This document shows, piece after piece, positions 1 through 12,753 of a DNA stretch of 61,815 nucleotides; within the stretch, counting starts at the first letter, position 1; the number at the start of each line of letters is the position of its first letter. The stretch covers positions 1 through 61,815 of the forward strand of contig JAPDFW010000031.1 in assembly GCA_028826165.1 (NCBI GenBank), read 5' to 3'. The position numbers and the translations under genes are program-made. Origin of the DNA: Anaeramoeba ignava BMAN. Lineage: Eukaryota > Protista > Anaeramoebae. The notes below the pieces were generated by a model. The model did not search any database, had not been told where the DNA came from, and was given only the letters and a program-made list of their open reading frames with translations.

Positions 1-1690
1 AATAATAAATAATTAATTAAAATATTTTTAATTTATAATTTTATTTTTATTTTTGACACATTATCAACAGCAATATTCAATAAAGCTCCACATCCATTTT
101 CTTGAATATCTTGATTATTTTGGGAAATTATTCATTGCTTTAATAATAGGTTCAATTCCTTTTAAATTTCTAATTTCAATTTTGTTTTCTATTTTTTTGG
201 AAATAAATTGAAATTGAAATTGAAATTGAAATTGAAATTGAAATTGATTTTTTTGGAAATAAATTGAAATTGAAATTGAAATTAATTTTTTTGGATTTTT
301 GGAAATAAATTGAAATTAATTAAATATTTTTTTGATTAATAATTAATAATAAATAATTGATTAAAATATTTGGATTTTTGATTATTTTTTGATTACCTTT
401 ATTAAAAGCAGCAATATTCCATAAAGCTCCACATCCATTTTTTTGAATATCTTGATTATTTGGGAAATTATTCATTGATTTAATAATAGGTTCAATTCCT
501 TTTAAATTTCTAATTTCAATTTTGTTTTCTATTTTTTGGAAATAAATTGAAATTGAAATTGAAATTAATTTTTTTTTGGATTTTTGGAAATAAATTGAAA
601 TTAATTAAATATTTTTTTGATTAATAATTAATAATAAATAATTAATTAAAATATTTGGATTTTTGATTATTTTTTATGTTTTATTTTTATTTACCATTAC
701 CAACAGCAATATTCCATAAAGCTCCACATCCTTGTTTTTGAATATCTTGATTATTTGGGAAATTATTCATTGCTTTAATAATAGGTTCAATTCCTTTTAA
801 ATTTCTAATTTCAATTTTGTTTTCTATTTTTTTGAAAATAAATTGAAATTGAAATTGAAATTGAAATTAATTTTTTTTTGGATTTTTGGAAATAAATTGA
901 AATTAATTAAATATTTTTTTGATTAATAATTAATAATAAATAATTGATTAAAATATTTGGATTTTTGATTATTTTTATTTTTACCTTCATTAAAAGACAG
1001 ATTATTTAAAAAGCCCAACATCCTGTTTTTGAATATCTTGATTATCTAATTTCAATTTGGTTTTCTATTTTTGGAAATAAATTGAAATTGAAATTGAAAT
1101 TGAAATTAAATAAATATTTTTTTGATTAATAATTAAAAATAAATAATTGATTAAAATATTTGGATTTTTGATTATTTTTATTTACCTTTATTAGCAGCAA
1201 TATTCAATAAAGCTCCACATCCTTTTTCTTGAATATCTTGATTATTTGGGAAATTATTCATTGATTTAATAATAGTTTCAATTCCTTTTAAATTTCTAAT
1301 TTCAATTTTGTTTTCTATTTTTTTATTAGGAAATAAATTGAAATTGAAATTGAAATTGAAATTAATTTTTTTTTGGATTTTTGGAAATAAATTGAAATTG
1401 ATTAAATATTTTTTTGATTAATAATTAATAATAAATAATTAATTAAAATATTTTAATTTATAATTTTATTTGTTTATTTTTATTTACCTTTATCATTAGC
1501 AGCAATATTAATTAAAGCTCCACATCCTTTTTCTTGAATATTTTGATTATTTGGGAAATTATTCATTGATTTAATAATAGGTTCAATTCCTTTTAAATTT
1601 CTAATTTCAATTTTGTTTTCTATTTATTTTTGATATTTTTTTATTGGGAAATAAATTTGAAATTGAAATTGAAATTGAAATTAATTAATT
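1..1690 (-). repeat. Tandem duplications of an exon+intron unit (ARM exon plus intron), 6 units, period ~240-340 bp
   Basis: Near-identical exon and intron sequence (aaattgaaattg...gattaataattaataataaataatt) repeats six times. Confidence 0.9.
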
Positions 1691-4526
1691 TTCTCATTTC
1701 ATTTTATAAATTAAATTTTTAAATTTTTGATGAGAATTGGAAATGTAAAAATTATGGAAATAAATATTTGTTTTTTGTTATAAATTTTCTTACCTGAATT
1801 AATTGCAATATTAATTAAAATTGAAATAGATTTTTCTTGAATAATTTGATTATTTGGATAATTATTGATTGTATTGATAATTGTTTTAATTCCATTTAAT
1901 TTAGAAATTTCAATTCCTTGTAATTTCCGATTTTCTATTTCTTCTCCTTTTTGTTTTGTGAAAGAAGAAAAGAAAAAGATTTAAATTTGCAAATAATTCA
2001 TTTTCTTTTTTTCTTTTGATTTTTGATTTGTTAAAAAAAGAAATTAATTTACTTTTTAATCCTCCTGAAAATATTAATAAAGCTTCAGATGCTTTTATTT
2101 GAATATCTTCATTATTTGGGAAATTATTCATTACATTTATAAGAGGTTCAATTCCATTAAATTTTTTTATTTCTATTTGATTATCTTTAAAATTTCAATT
2201 ATTATTATTATTTTTAATATTATTATTCAAAAATTGTTTCAAAAAAATAAATATTTTACCTTCATTTTCTTTTGCAAATTTTTGTAAAATAAAACATCCA
2301 TTTTCTTGAATTTTGATTATTTGGAAATTTATTCATACATTCGACAATAAAAGGAATATCAATTTCAATTAATTCTTTTGTTTTTGGTTTAAAAATATTA
2401 AATTAAATTAAATTAAATTAAATTTTCTTTTTTTTTGTTTTTGAGTTTGATTTACTTTGATCTTGTTGTTGAATTGAATTTGAAAGATCTTGTAAAAAAT
2501 TTGTTGTTTTTTCTGGTGATTGAAGAATTTGAATTTTTAATTTTTGATTTTCAATTTCATTTTGAATATTTTTGATTTGTGGATTAATTTTTGAATAAAA
2601 TTCATTTTTTCTTTTTTCAATTTCATTGTTAAAATCTTGAATTATTTTTTCAATTTCATTTAAATTTTCATTTTTAATTTCAATTTCTTGAATTTTCTTT
2701 TCAATTATTTCTAAATATTTATTTTTTTGGAATTTAATTCTATTTTTTATTTCTTGAATAATTTTTTCTAAATTTTCATTTTCATTTTCAATTTTGTTTT
2801 GTTGAATAAATTCTTTAAATTCTTGAATTTCTTTCCTGTTTTGTTCAAATTCATTTTTAAATTGTTGAATTGTTTCTTCAAATAATTTTAAATCTTCTTC
2901 TGTTTTTAATTTGGGAAAATTTATTAATTCTTGATATTTTTTATCAATTTCTTCCAAATTTATATTCTTTCTTTCTTTGAATTTATTTTGAATTTCTTCA
3001 ATTTTTTTTTGAAAATTTTCTAAATCTTTTTTTCTATTTTGTTCAAATAAATCTTTCAAATTAATAATTCTTTTATTAAATTCTTGTAAATATTCTTTTT
3101 TCATTTTTTCATTATTTTGAATTAATTGTTGAAATTTTTCTTGAATTTCTTTTTTCCATTTTTTATATTCTTCTTGAATTTCTTCAATTTCTTTTTTAAT
3201 TTTTTCTAATTTTTCTTTTTCTTTTTATTATTCTTTTTGGAAATCAAGTTGAAGAATCTGATTCTTTTGTAAAGGTTGAAATTCTTTTTCTTTAAATTCT
3301 TCAATATTTGAATTTAATAAAGCAATTTTATTTTGAAGTTGGGAAATGGATTTATTTTTGATTTGTTGAATTTGAAATTGATTAATTGATTTTGTTTGTG
3401 AAATTTGATTTAATAAATTTGAAAAAGAATTTTCATTTTCATTTTCATTTATTTCATTTTCATTTTGATTTGTTTCAAATTTAATTAATTTTATCAATTT
3501 TTTCTGATTATTTTGATTCCATTTTTGTTCAATTTGTTGAATAATTTGAAGTTGATTTGGAATATTTTGATTTAAAGAAATTAATCCAATAAAATTGTAA
3601 ATTTGATTTTGATTTAAATATTTATCAAAATTTGGATTTGAAATAATAAATTGAATATTTTGGAAAATAAATTTTTCACAATTTTGAGAAAGATTTTGTG
3701 AATTAATTTCTTGAGATTTGAAATAAATTTCCAAAATATTTTCAATATTAAAAATTGATTGAATTTCAAGTTCAATTTTGAATTGAATTTCTTTTAATTT
3801 AATTTGATTTGCAAATTTAAAATATTCATCAAATTTTCGTTTATCAAATTTAAATTTTCCATTATAAAAAAATTTAATAATTGGTTTAACAATTTCAGAA
3901 CTAAAATTATTAAAATAAATTGAATTAAATTTATTTTCTCTTCTGTTTATCATAAAATATTTTGAACGAGCTTCTAAAATTGATTTATGACAAGGAATTG
4001 AAATTTTATCTTTTCCACAATAAATTTGAAAATCTGAAGTTTTTTTATTTCCAAACATTAAACCAATTTGTTTATTTGCTTGATTTATTAAGAATTTATT
4101 GAATTTTTTAATTTTGGATTGAATTTCTTCATTTTGATTTTGATTTTGAATTTTATTTTGATTTTGATTTTGATTTTGATTTTGATTTTGATTTTGATTT
4201 TGAATGATGTTTTGAATGATGTTTTGAATGATGTTTTGAATGATGTTTTGAATGATGTTTTGAATCAATTTGTTTTGAATCAATTTGTTTTGAATCAATT
4301 TGTTTTGAATGATGTTTTGATTCAATTTGTTTTGAATGATGTTTTGATTTTTTGATTTTGATTTTGATTTTGATTTTGATTTTGATTTTGATTTTGATTT
4401 TGATTTTGATTTTGATTTTGATTTTGATTTTGATTTTGGCTTATGCTTTGAATGATGTTTTGAATGATGTTTTGATTTTGGATTTGATTTTTTTGTTGAA
4501 TTAATTTGTTTTGGAGAATCACTCAT
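1..4526 (-). CDS. BTB/POZ + coiled-coil + armadillo-repeat protein; multi-exon, 3' end runs off the window; several frame disruptions (errors or pseudogene)
   Basis: ORF 3228..4526 has a BTB motif (TSDFQIYCG..IPCHKSILEARSKYF). ORF 2418..3104 is in the same frame after TAATAA at 3225-3230 and is coiled-coil-like. After a GTAAAT donor (~2455) come ARM-like exons at about 2260-2374, 2053-2184, 1794-1934, 1488-1619, 1186-1314, 985-1064, 695-823, 397-528 and ~58-188, e.g. ENKIEIRNLKGIEPIIKSMNNFPNNQDIQKNGCGALWNIAAFNK. Confidence 0.7.
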
Positions 4527-4919
4527 TTTTTCTTTTTTATTTTAATTTTATTTTTTTAAAAAAGGAAAATTATTTTTTAATTGGAATAAATAAAATAAAT
4601 ATTTGAGAAATAATAATAAATCAATAATAAAAATGATTTTCTTTTCATTTTTATTTTGGAATTAAATTTAAATTTTAATTTTTTATTGATAATTTTTTGT
4701 TTAAATAAAATTTGAAAATTTATTTTTCCTCTTTTTTTTTGTTTATTGAAATAATAATAAATTAATAAGTAATTAACAATTATTTTGTTTTTATTTCATT
4801 TATATTTTATATTTTTATTATTATTTATTATTAAATTTGATTTTTATTTTGTTAAATTGAATAATAAAAAAATATTTACTTAATTTTAAATTTTGAAAAG
4901 AAAAAAAATGAAAAAAAAT

Positions 4920-5345
4920 AAAAAATGGAATAAAGAATATTAAATAATTAAATTTAGAATTAATTCTATTTTATATATTTTATTAATTATTTTTTTATTT
5001 AAAATAATATAAAATTATTCCCAATAATTTAATAAAATTAATAAAATATTTTAATTAATTTATTTAAAAATGGAATAAAGAATATTAAATAATTTAAATT
5101 CAGAATTAATTCTATTTTATATATTTTATTAATATTTCTTTATTTAAAATAATATAAAATTATTCCCAAAAATTTAATAAAATTAATAAAATATTTTAAT
5201 TAATTTATTTCAAAAATGGAATAAAGAATATTAAATAATTAAATTTAGAATTAATTCTTTTTTATATATTTTATTAATATTTCTTTATTTAAAATAATAT
5301 AAAATTATTCCCAAAAATTAAATAAAATTAATAAAATATTTTAAT
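4920..5345 (+). repeat. Tandem repeat family A, 145-146 bp unit x3
   Basis: tggaataaagaatatt recurs at 4926, 5071 and 5217. Confidence 0.9.
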
Positions 5346-5459
5346 AAAGAAAAAATTGAATTTGAATACTATTTAATTTAATAATTTAAATTTAAATTGT
5401 ATTTCTTTTTTAAACTGGATTAATATTTTCATTGCTTAAATTGATATTTTTGATTATTT

Positions 5460-5770
5460 ATTTTTATATTTCATTGATTAATATTTTGAAAAAGAAAATA
5501 TTGAAAAAATAAATTAATAAATTATTATTTTAATAATAAAATTGAATAATAAATCATTTTTTAAATTAATTTCTAAATTAAATATTAAATTAAACTTATT
5601 CTCATTTTTTATATTTGATTGTTTAATATTGAAAAAAGAAAATATTGAAAAATAAATTAATAAATTATTATTTTAATAATAAAATTGAATAATAAATTAT
5701 TTTTTAAATTAATTTCTAAATTAAATATTAAATTAAATTTATTCTTATTTTTTATATTTGATTGATTAAT
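5460..5770. repeat. Tandem repeat family B, 144 bp unit x2
   Basis: gaaaatattgaaaaa at 5494 and 5638, with identity continuing across the unit. Confidence 0.85.
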
Positions 5771-5999
5771 TGAATTTTATTTTTTTTGGATTTTGATTTT
5801 TTTTGGAATAAAGAAAAAATAAAAAAATAATAAAAGAGGGGATTAGAAAATGAATTATTTTGAATTAAAAGAAAATAAGGAGAATTTTGTTTATTGATTA
5901 TTTTTTTGATCAAAAAAAAGAGAAAAAAAAATTTATTTTAGGGGATTTAAAAATTAATTGAAAAATTTCATTTTCATTTTTATTTTCATTTTTAAAAAA

Positions 6000-6558
6000 A
6001 TGCTTTCAAGAATAATTCCAACAAAACCAATCAAAACACAAACAAAAACAATTTTTATTAATAAAATTGAAAGATTAATGCATGAAGAATATAAATTAAG
6101 GAAAAAGCAAAAAGAAATGAAAGATCGAAAAGAAATTGAAGAAGTGATTGAGAAAAGCAAAGTATGTCGATTAGGATTATCAGTTGAAAACAAACCTTAT
6201 GTAGTTCCAATGTCATTTGGATATGCAAACAACACATTATATTTTCATTCAAACTCCAAAAGGGAAAAAAATGGAATATTTGAAAAAGAATAGTTATGTA
6301 TGTTTTGAGTTTGATTCCAATGTTAAAATTGTTGAAGAAACTCTTCCTTGTCATTGGACTTGCCATTTTGAAAGTGTTATTGGTTATGGTCATGTTTCTT
6401 TTGTTGAGGATGTTGATGAGAAAAAGAAAGCTATGGATATTATTATGAAGCAATATGGATGGGAAAGTAAATCTAATCTTTATGATCCACAATCTTTTAA
6501 AGTAGCGAAAGTTTTTAAATTGAAGATAGATAGTATAACTGGGAAAAAAAACAAATAA
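6000..6558 (+). CDS. NimA-like / pyridoxamine 5'-phosphate oxidase-family FMN-binding protein with N-terminal extension; one +1 frameshift at ~6250-6262
   Basis: Joining ORFs 5958..6293 and 6217..6558 gives the family motifs EIEEVI..SKVCRLGL..PYVVPMSFGY..LYFHS..KGKKMEYLKKN..VCFE..FESVIGYG..ITGK. ATG at 6000; intronless. Confidence 0.85.
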
Positions 6559-6664
6559 GAAACAAAGGAAAAGAAAAGAAATATTTTTACTTTTTAGGGA
6601 TTTTTAATTAAAAATATTTTTCAATTTTTCATTTTTTTCATTTTTTCATTTTTTTGTTTTTAAA

Positions 6665-9600
6665 ATGCAACAACTAAAATTCATTTCTTTAATTTCAAAA
6701 GTTTGTACTGAACTTGAAAATAATGTTGGAATTAAACAAAAATTTGTTGCAGAATTTATTGTAGAAATTTGGGAAAATTCAAAAACATTGGAAGAATTTA
6801 AACAAAATTTAAAAGAAAAACAAGCAGAATTTCCAGAAAATTTTGTAACAAATATATATAATATAATAAGTAGATTACATCCGAATGCAAAAAAGAAAGA
6901 AAATTTAAAAGAAAATTTAAAAGAAAATTTAAAAGAAAATTTAAAAGAAAATTTAAAAGAAAATTTAAAAGAAAATTTAAAAGAAAATGAACATAAACCT
7001 CATTCTCATCATTCACATTCACATCATCATAATGATCATAATCATTATAGGGAAAATAATCCATGACACAGAAATACTCAAAACCGTTGGAATCAAAAAG
7101 AAAAAATAGAGAAAAAAATTGAAGAAGAAGATGAAGTGAAAAAAAATGCGCATTTTTATAACGAAAGGGAAACCATTGATGAAGAGCCCATACAATATAA
7201 AATATATTCAGGAGAAGTTACTGGAATAAGAGACTTTGGGTGTTTTGTGCGACTTGATGGAGTTCGTGGAAAACGAGAAGGGCTCTGTCACATCACGCAA
7301 ATGAAGAAAACTGGAAGAGTTTTAGATCCACATGAAATTGTACATAAAAAGCAGAGAGTGTTTGTGAAAGTTCTTGCTTATGCGGGAAGTAAAATTAGTT
7401 TATCAATGAAGGAGGCTGATCAATCAAATGGTGAAGATCTTTTTCCAAGAGAAATTGTTGATTCTGAAAAGAAGACTTCTTTATATGATCCATTAAGAAG
7501 TAATCCAACAAGACCTAATGATTTGAATGAAGGCGCTATGGCGTTAAGCATGTATGCATTTAACAAGGAAAATCAAAACGAATTTTATTTATTTCAGAAA
7601 TTTATATTGAATTTGAAATTCAAATTGAATTTAAAAATATTATTGAAATTTATATTTATTTTGATTAAAACGAAAATCGGAAAAAAAAAACAAACAGTCA
7701 TCAAACATAAAAATTTCTATTATATTATTATTATATTATTATTATTATATTATTATCATTATATAACAACAAAATATCGCAACTGCATAATTTTTTTTTA
7801 TTCACAAACAAAAACAATCAGGCAAGAAAAAAAGCACACAAGACGAGACCTTCCAACACCCGAAAGATGGATCCAAAAGCAGCTTGAGTCTGCAGGGGTT
7901 CTAGACATTCGTGAGCAAACAAACTACAACGAAGAAACAGGAGTACTTGATCTAGATATGGAAGACGAGATGGAGGAGGATCTAGAAATCGAGCTTAACG
8001 ATGAAGAGCCGACATTTCTGCGGGGACAAACACGGCACACAATGGCGCTATCGCCGATCAAAATCTTGAAAAATCCTGATGGATCACTTGTTCGCGCAGC
8101 AATGACCCAAGTTACGTTGGCAAAAGAACGCAAGGAAGTTCGAGAGCAGCAAAGAAACCAAATGCTGGAAAGTATCCCCAAAGATATTAACCGTCCTTGG
8201 ATCGATCCACTTCCGGAAGAAGGAGAACGCCATTTGGCACTGGATCTGCGCGGATTGGGTATGGCACAAGAAGATCTTCCAGAATGGAAAAAATCCACTT
8301 TTTGGGAAAACAGTCGCATACGGAAAGAAGACCAATTTGTCAATTAAGGAGCAGCGCGAATCACTGCCGATCTTCAAGCTGCGAAACGAACTGATGAGCG
8401 CAATTAGGGACAATCAAGTGCTGATTTGCGTAGGAGAAACAGGATCAGGAAAAACAACGCAGATCACGCAATATCTTGCGGAAGACGGATATGCAAAAGA
8501 AGGACGGATCGGATGCACGCAGCCAAGACGAGTCGCCGCAATGAGCGTTGCGAAGAGAGTTAGCGAGGAGTTTGGCTGCCGTTTGGGTCAAGAGGTTGGA
8601 TATTCAATCAGATTTGAAGATTTCACAAGTAATGAAACCGTGATCAAATACATGACGGATGGAATGCTTCTTCGGGAGTGCTTGATAGACCCTGATCTGA
8701 CTGGATATTCCGTTGTAATGCTTGATGAAGCGCACGAACGTACGGTGCACACTGATGTTCTTTTTGGCCTTCTTAAAGAAACGGTGAAAAGAAGACCTGA
8801 TCTAAAATTAATTGTTACTTCGGCAACACTGGATGCAGAAAAGTTTTCCGATTTCTTCTTCGAATGTCCCATCTTCACCATCCCAGGTCGCAACTACCCC
8901 GTTGAGATCTTATACACAAAAGAGCCCGAATCAGACTATCTCGACGCAGCGCTCATCACAGTCATGCAGATCCATCTGGCAGAGCCACCGGGAGATATCC
9001 TATTGTTTTTAACAGGACAAGAAGAAATCGACACTGCTTGTCAGATTCTTTTTGAGCGTGTAAAATCACTTGGTCCAAAAGCGCCTGAGCTGATGATCCT
9101 CCCCGTTTATTCTGCACTTCCTTCTGAGATCCAAACCCGAATTTTCGAACCAACGCCAAAGGGATCAAGAAAGGTTGTTATCGCAACAAACATTGCGGAG
9201 ACTTCATTAACAATTGACGGAATATATTATGTGATCGATCCAGGGTTTGTGAAGCAGAAATGCTACAACCCAAGATTGGGGATGGATTCGCTTGTTGTAA
9301 CACCGATCTCACAGGCAGCAGCAAGACAGCGCGCAGGGCGAGCCGGAAGAACAGGTCCTGGAAAATGTTTCCGACTTTACACAGAATCTGCTTATCATAA
9401 TGAAATGTTCCCAAATACAATTCCCGAGATCCAGCGCACAAATCTCGGCACAACTGTTCTCACCCTCAAAGCGCTTGGAATCAACGATCTCCTCCACTTC
9501 AATTTCATGGATCCGCCGCCGACTCAATCCCTCGTTTCCGCCATGGAACAGCTCTACATGCTCGGCGCTCTCGATGAGGAGGGTTTGCTTACGAAATTGG

Positions 9601-10343
9601 GAAGACAAATGGCTGAATTCCCCCTCGATCCTCCTTTGTCTAAGATGCTTATTTCCTCCGTTTCTTTCGGTTGTGCTGAGGAAATTCTTACCATCGTCTC
9701 AATGCTTTCCGTTGAATCCGTTTTTTATAGACCAAAAGAAAAACAGGCTCAAGCTGACCAGAAAAAAGCAAAGTTTATTTCTCCTGATGGCGACCATCTT
9801 ACTCTCCTCAATGTCTATGAATCCTGGAAAAGAAATAAATTCAGTAATCCTTGGTGCTTTGAGAATTTTATCCAGCCAAGATCCCTCAGAAGAGCTCAAG
9901 AAATCAGAAAGCAAATTCTCGCAATTTTGGATCGGCAAAAATTGGACGTTGTTTCTTGTGGAACTGCAACTGTTCCTATTATCAAATCAATTGTTTCAGG
10001 ATATTTTACAAAAGCCGCTAAAAAAGACCCTCAAGAAGGTTATAAAACTCTTGTTGAAGGTCAAACTGTTTATATCCATCCAAGCTCAGCTCTTTTCCAA
10101 GTTAAACCTCAATGGGTTGTTTATCACGAACTCGTTCTTACTTCAAAGGAATATATGAGAAATGTTTCTTTTATTGACCCTAAATGGCTCGTTGAATTCG
10201 CCCCAAAGTTTTATAGAATTGCTGATCCTACTAAATTGACTAGACGTAAAAAATCTGAAAAACTTTTACCTTTATGGGATAGGTTTCTTCAAAATCAAGA
10301 TTCTTGGAGACTTTCTAAACAAAAGAGGATTAGAAGAAATTAA
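6665..10343 (+). CDS. PRP22: Pre-mRNA splicing DEAH-box RNA helicase PRP22/DHX8; intron 7552-7821; in-frame TGA at 7064; +1 frameshift at ~8298-8303
   Basis: N-terminal [14 protein letters not shown]1 domain (FGCFVRL..EGLCHI), [39 protein letters not shown], followed by HA2/OB-fold regions. Confidence 0.97.
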
Positions 10344-10379
10344 AATACAAACAAAAGAAAAAGAAAAACAAATTTAGAA

Positions 10380-11875
10380 AAAAAATTAAAATCAAATTTA
10401 GAAAAAATTTAGAAACAAATTTAGAAACAAATTTAGAAACAAATTTAGAAACAAATTTAGAAACAAATTTAGAAACAAATTTAAAAACAAATTCAAAATC
10501 AAAATCAAAATCAAAATCAAAACCAAATTCAAAATCAAAATCAAAATCAAAATCAAAATCAAAATCAAAATCAAAATCAAAATCAAAATCAAAATCAAAT
10601 TCAAAATCAAAATCAAAATCAAAAATCAAAATCAAAATCAAAATCAAAATCAAAATCAAAATCAAAATCAAAATCAAAATCAAAATCAAAATCAAAATCA
10701 AAATCAAAATCAAAATCAAAATCAAAATCAAAATCAAAATCAAAATCAAAATCAAAATCAAAAATCAAAATCAAAATCAAAATCAAAATCAAAATCAAAA
10801 TCAAAATCAAAATCAAAATCAAAATCAAAATCAAAATCAAAATCAAAATCAAAATCAAAATTCAAAAATCAAAATCAAAATCAAAATCAAAATCAAAATC
10901 AAAATCAAAAATCAAAATCAAAATCAAAAATCAAAATCAAAATCAAAATCAAAAATCAAAATCAAAATCAAAATCAAAATCAAAAATCAAAATCAAAATC
11001 AAAATCAAACTAAAATCAAAATCAAAATCAAAATCAAAATCAAAATCAAAATCAAAATCAAAATCAAAATCAAAATCAAAATCAAAATCAAAATCAAAAT
11101 CAAAATCAAAATCAAATCCAAAAATCAAAATCAAAATCAAAATCTAAATCAAAATCAAATCAAAATCAAAAATAAAAAAATCAAAATCAAAATCAAAAAT
11201 CAAAAATCAAAATCAAAAATCAAATTAAAAATCAAAATCAAAATCAAAATCAAAATCAAAATCAAATTCAAAAATCAAAATCAAAATCAAAAATCAAAAT
11301 TCAAAATCAAAAATCAAATCAAAATCAAAATCAAAATCAAAATCAAAATCAAAATCAAAATCAAAATCAAAATCAAAATCAAAATCAAAATCAAAATCAA
11401 AATCAAAATCAAAATCAAAATCAAAATCAAAAATCAAAAATCAAAATCAAAATCAAAATCAAAATCAAAATCAAAAATCAAAATCAAAATCAAAAATCAA
11501 ATCAAAATCAAAATCAAAATCAAAATCAAAAATCAAATTCAAAATCAAAAATCAAAATCAAAATCAAATCAAATTCAAAATCAAAATCAAAATCAAAATC
11601 AAATTCAAAAATCAAATTCAAAATCAAAATCAAAATCAAAATCAAAAATTCAAAATCAAAATCCAAAATCAAAAATCAAAATCAAAATTCAAAATCAAAA
11701 TCAAAATCAAAATCAAAATCAAAATCAAAACTCAAAATCAAAAATCAAAAATCAAAATCAAAATCAAAATCAAAATCAAAAATCAAAATAAAAAAATCAA
11801 AAATAAAAATCAAAATCAAAATCAAATTCAAAATCAAAATCAAAATCAAAAATCAAAATCAAAAACCAAATTCAA
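10380..11875 (+). repeat. ~1.5 kb (CAAAAT)n microsatellite, preceded by (AAATTTAGAAAC)n
   Basis: Directly visible downstream of the PRP22 stop. Confidence 0.97.
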
Positions 11876-12064
11876 AATTGAAAAGAAAAGAAGAACAAAA
11901 AGGAAATTTTATTTTTATTTTTCTTAAATAAATAAAAATTTTTCCTTTTTCATTTTTCATTTTTATTTTTCATTTTTCATTTTTTACTTTTTAAAACGAA
12001 AACACAAACAAAAACAAACAAACAAAACACAAACACAAAAACAAACAAAAACACAAAAACAAAA

Positions 12065-12745
12065 ACGAATAAAGATATTAAAGATATTAAAGATATTAAA
12101 AGAAATAAAAGATAATCAAATAATAAAGATAATAAAGATAATAAAGATATTAAAGATAATAAAGATATTAAAGATAATAAAGATAATAAAGATAATAAAG
12201 ATATTCAAGAAGATAATAAAGATAATAAAGATATTAAAGATATTAAAGATATTAAAGATATTAAAGATAATAAAGATATTCTCAAGATAAAAAAACAAGA
12301 TTAAAGATAATAAAGATAATTAAAGATAATAAAAGATAATAAAAAGATATTCAAGATAATAAAGATAATAAAGATATTAAAGATAATAAAGATAATAAAG
12401 ATATTCAAGATATTAAAGATAATAAAGATATTCAAGATAATAAAGATAATAAAGATATTAAAGATAATAAAGATAATAAAGATAATAAAGATATTAAAGA
12501 TATTAAAGATAATAAAGATAATAAAGATATTAAAGATAATAAAGATAATAAAGATATTAAAGATATTAAAGATATTAAAGATAATAAAGATATTAAAGAT
12601 AATAAAGATAATAAAGATATTAAAGATAATAAAGATAATAAAGATAATAAAGATATTAAAGATATTAAAGATATTAAAGATATTAAAGATATTAAAGATA
12701 TTAAAGATATTAAAGATATTAAAGATAATAAAGATAATGAAGATA
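12065..12745 (+). repeat. (AAAGATAAT/AAAGATATT)n 9-bp repeat; degenerate 5' KDN/KDI-coding region of ankyrin gene 1
   Basis: Same repeat as the N-terminus of the paralog at 17354, but it begins ACG AAT AAA GAT and has irregular phase. Confidence 0.85.
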
Positions 12746-12753
12746 TTTGGAAA

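Noticed and set aside
3225-7066. Alternative genetic code (TAA or TGA as sense)
   Set aside because: TAA and TGA terminate intact genes elsewhere in the window, long ORFs have no internal stops, and compensating indels explain both cases.
7924-10158. Overlapping antisense or alternate-frame ORFs in PRP22 (and in BEACH and centriolin)
   Set aside because: No recognisable domains; these are expected shadows of coding sequence.
6665-10343. Intein in PRP22 or other genes
   Set aside because: No Cys/Ser...His-Asn splicing motifs or homing-endonuclease insert seen. The only insertion has GT-AG ends.
10490-11875. Telomeric repeat tract
   Set aside because: It is internal, imperfect, lacks a G-rich strand, and the same hexamer occurs inside coding regions.
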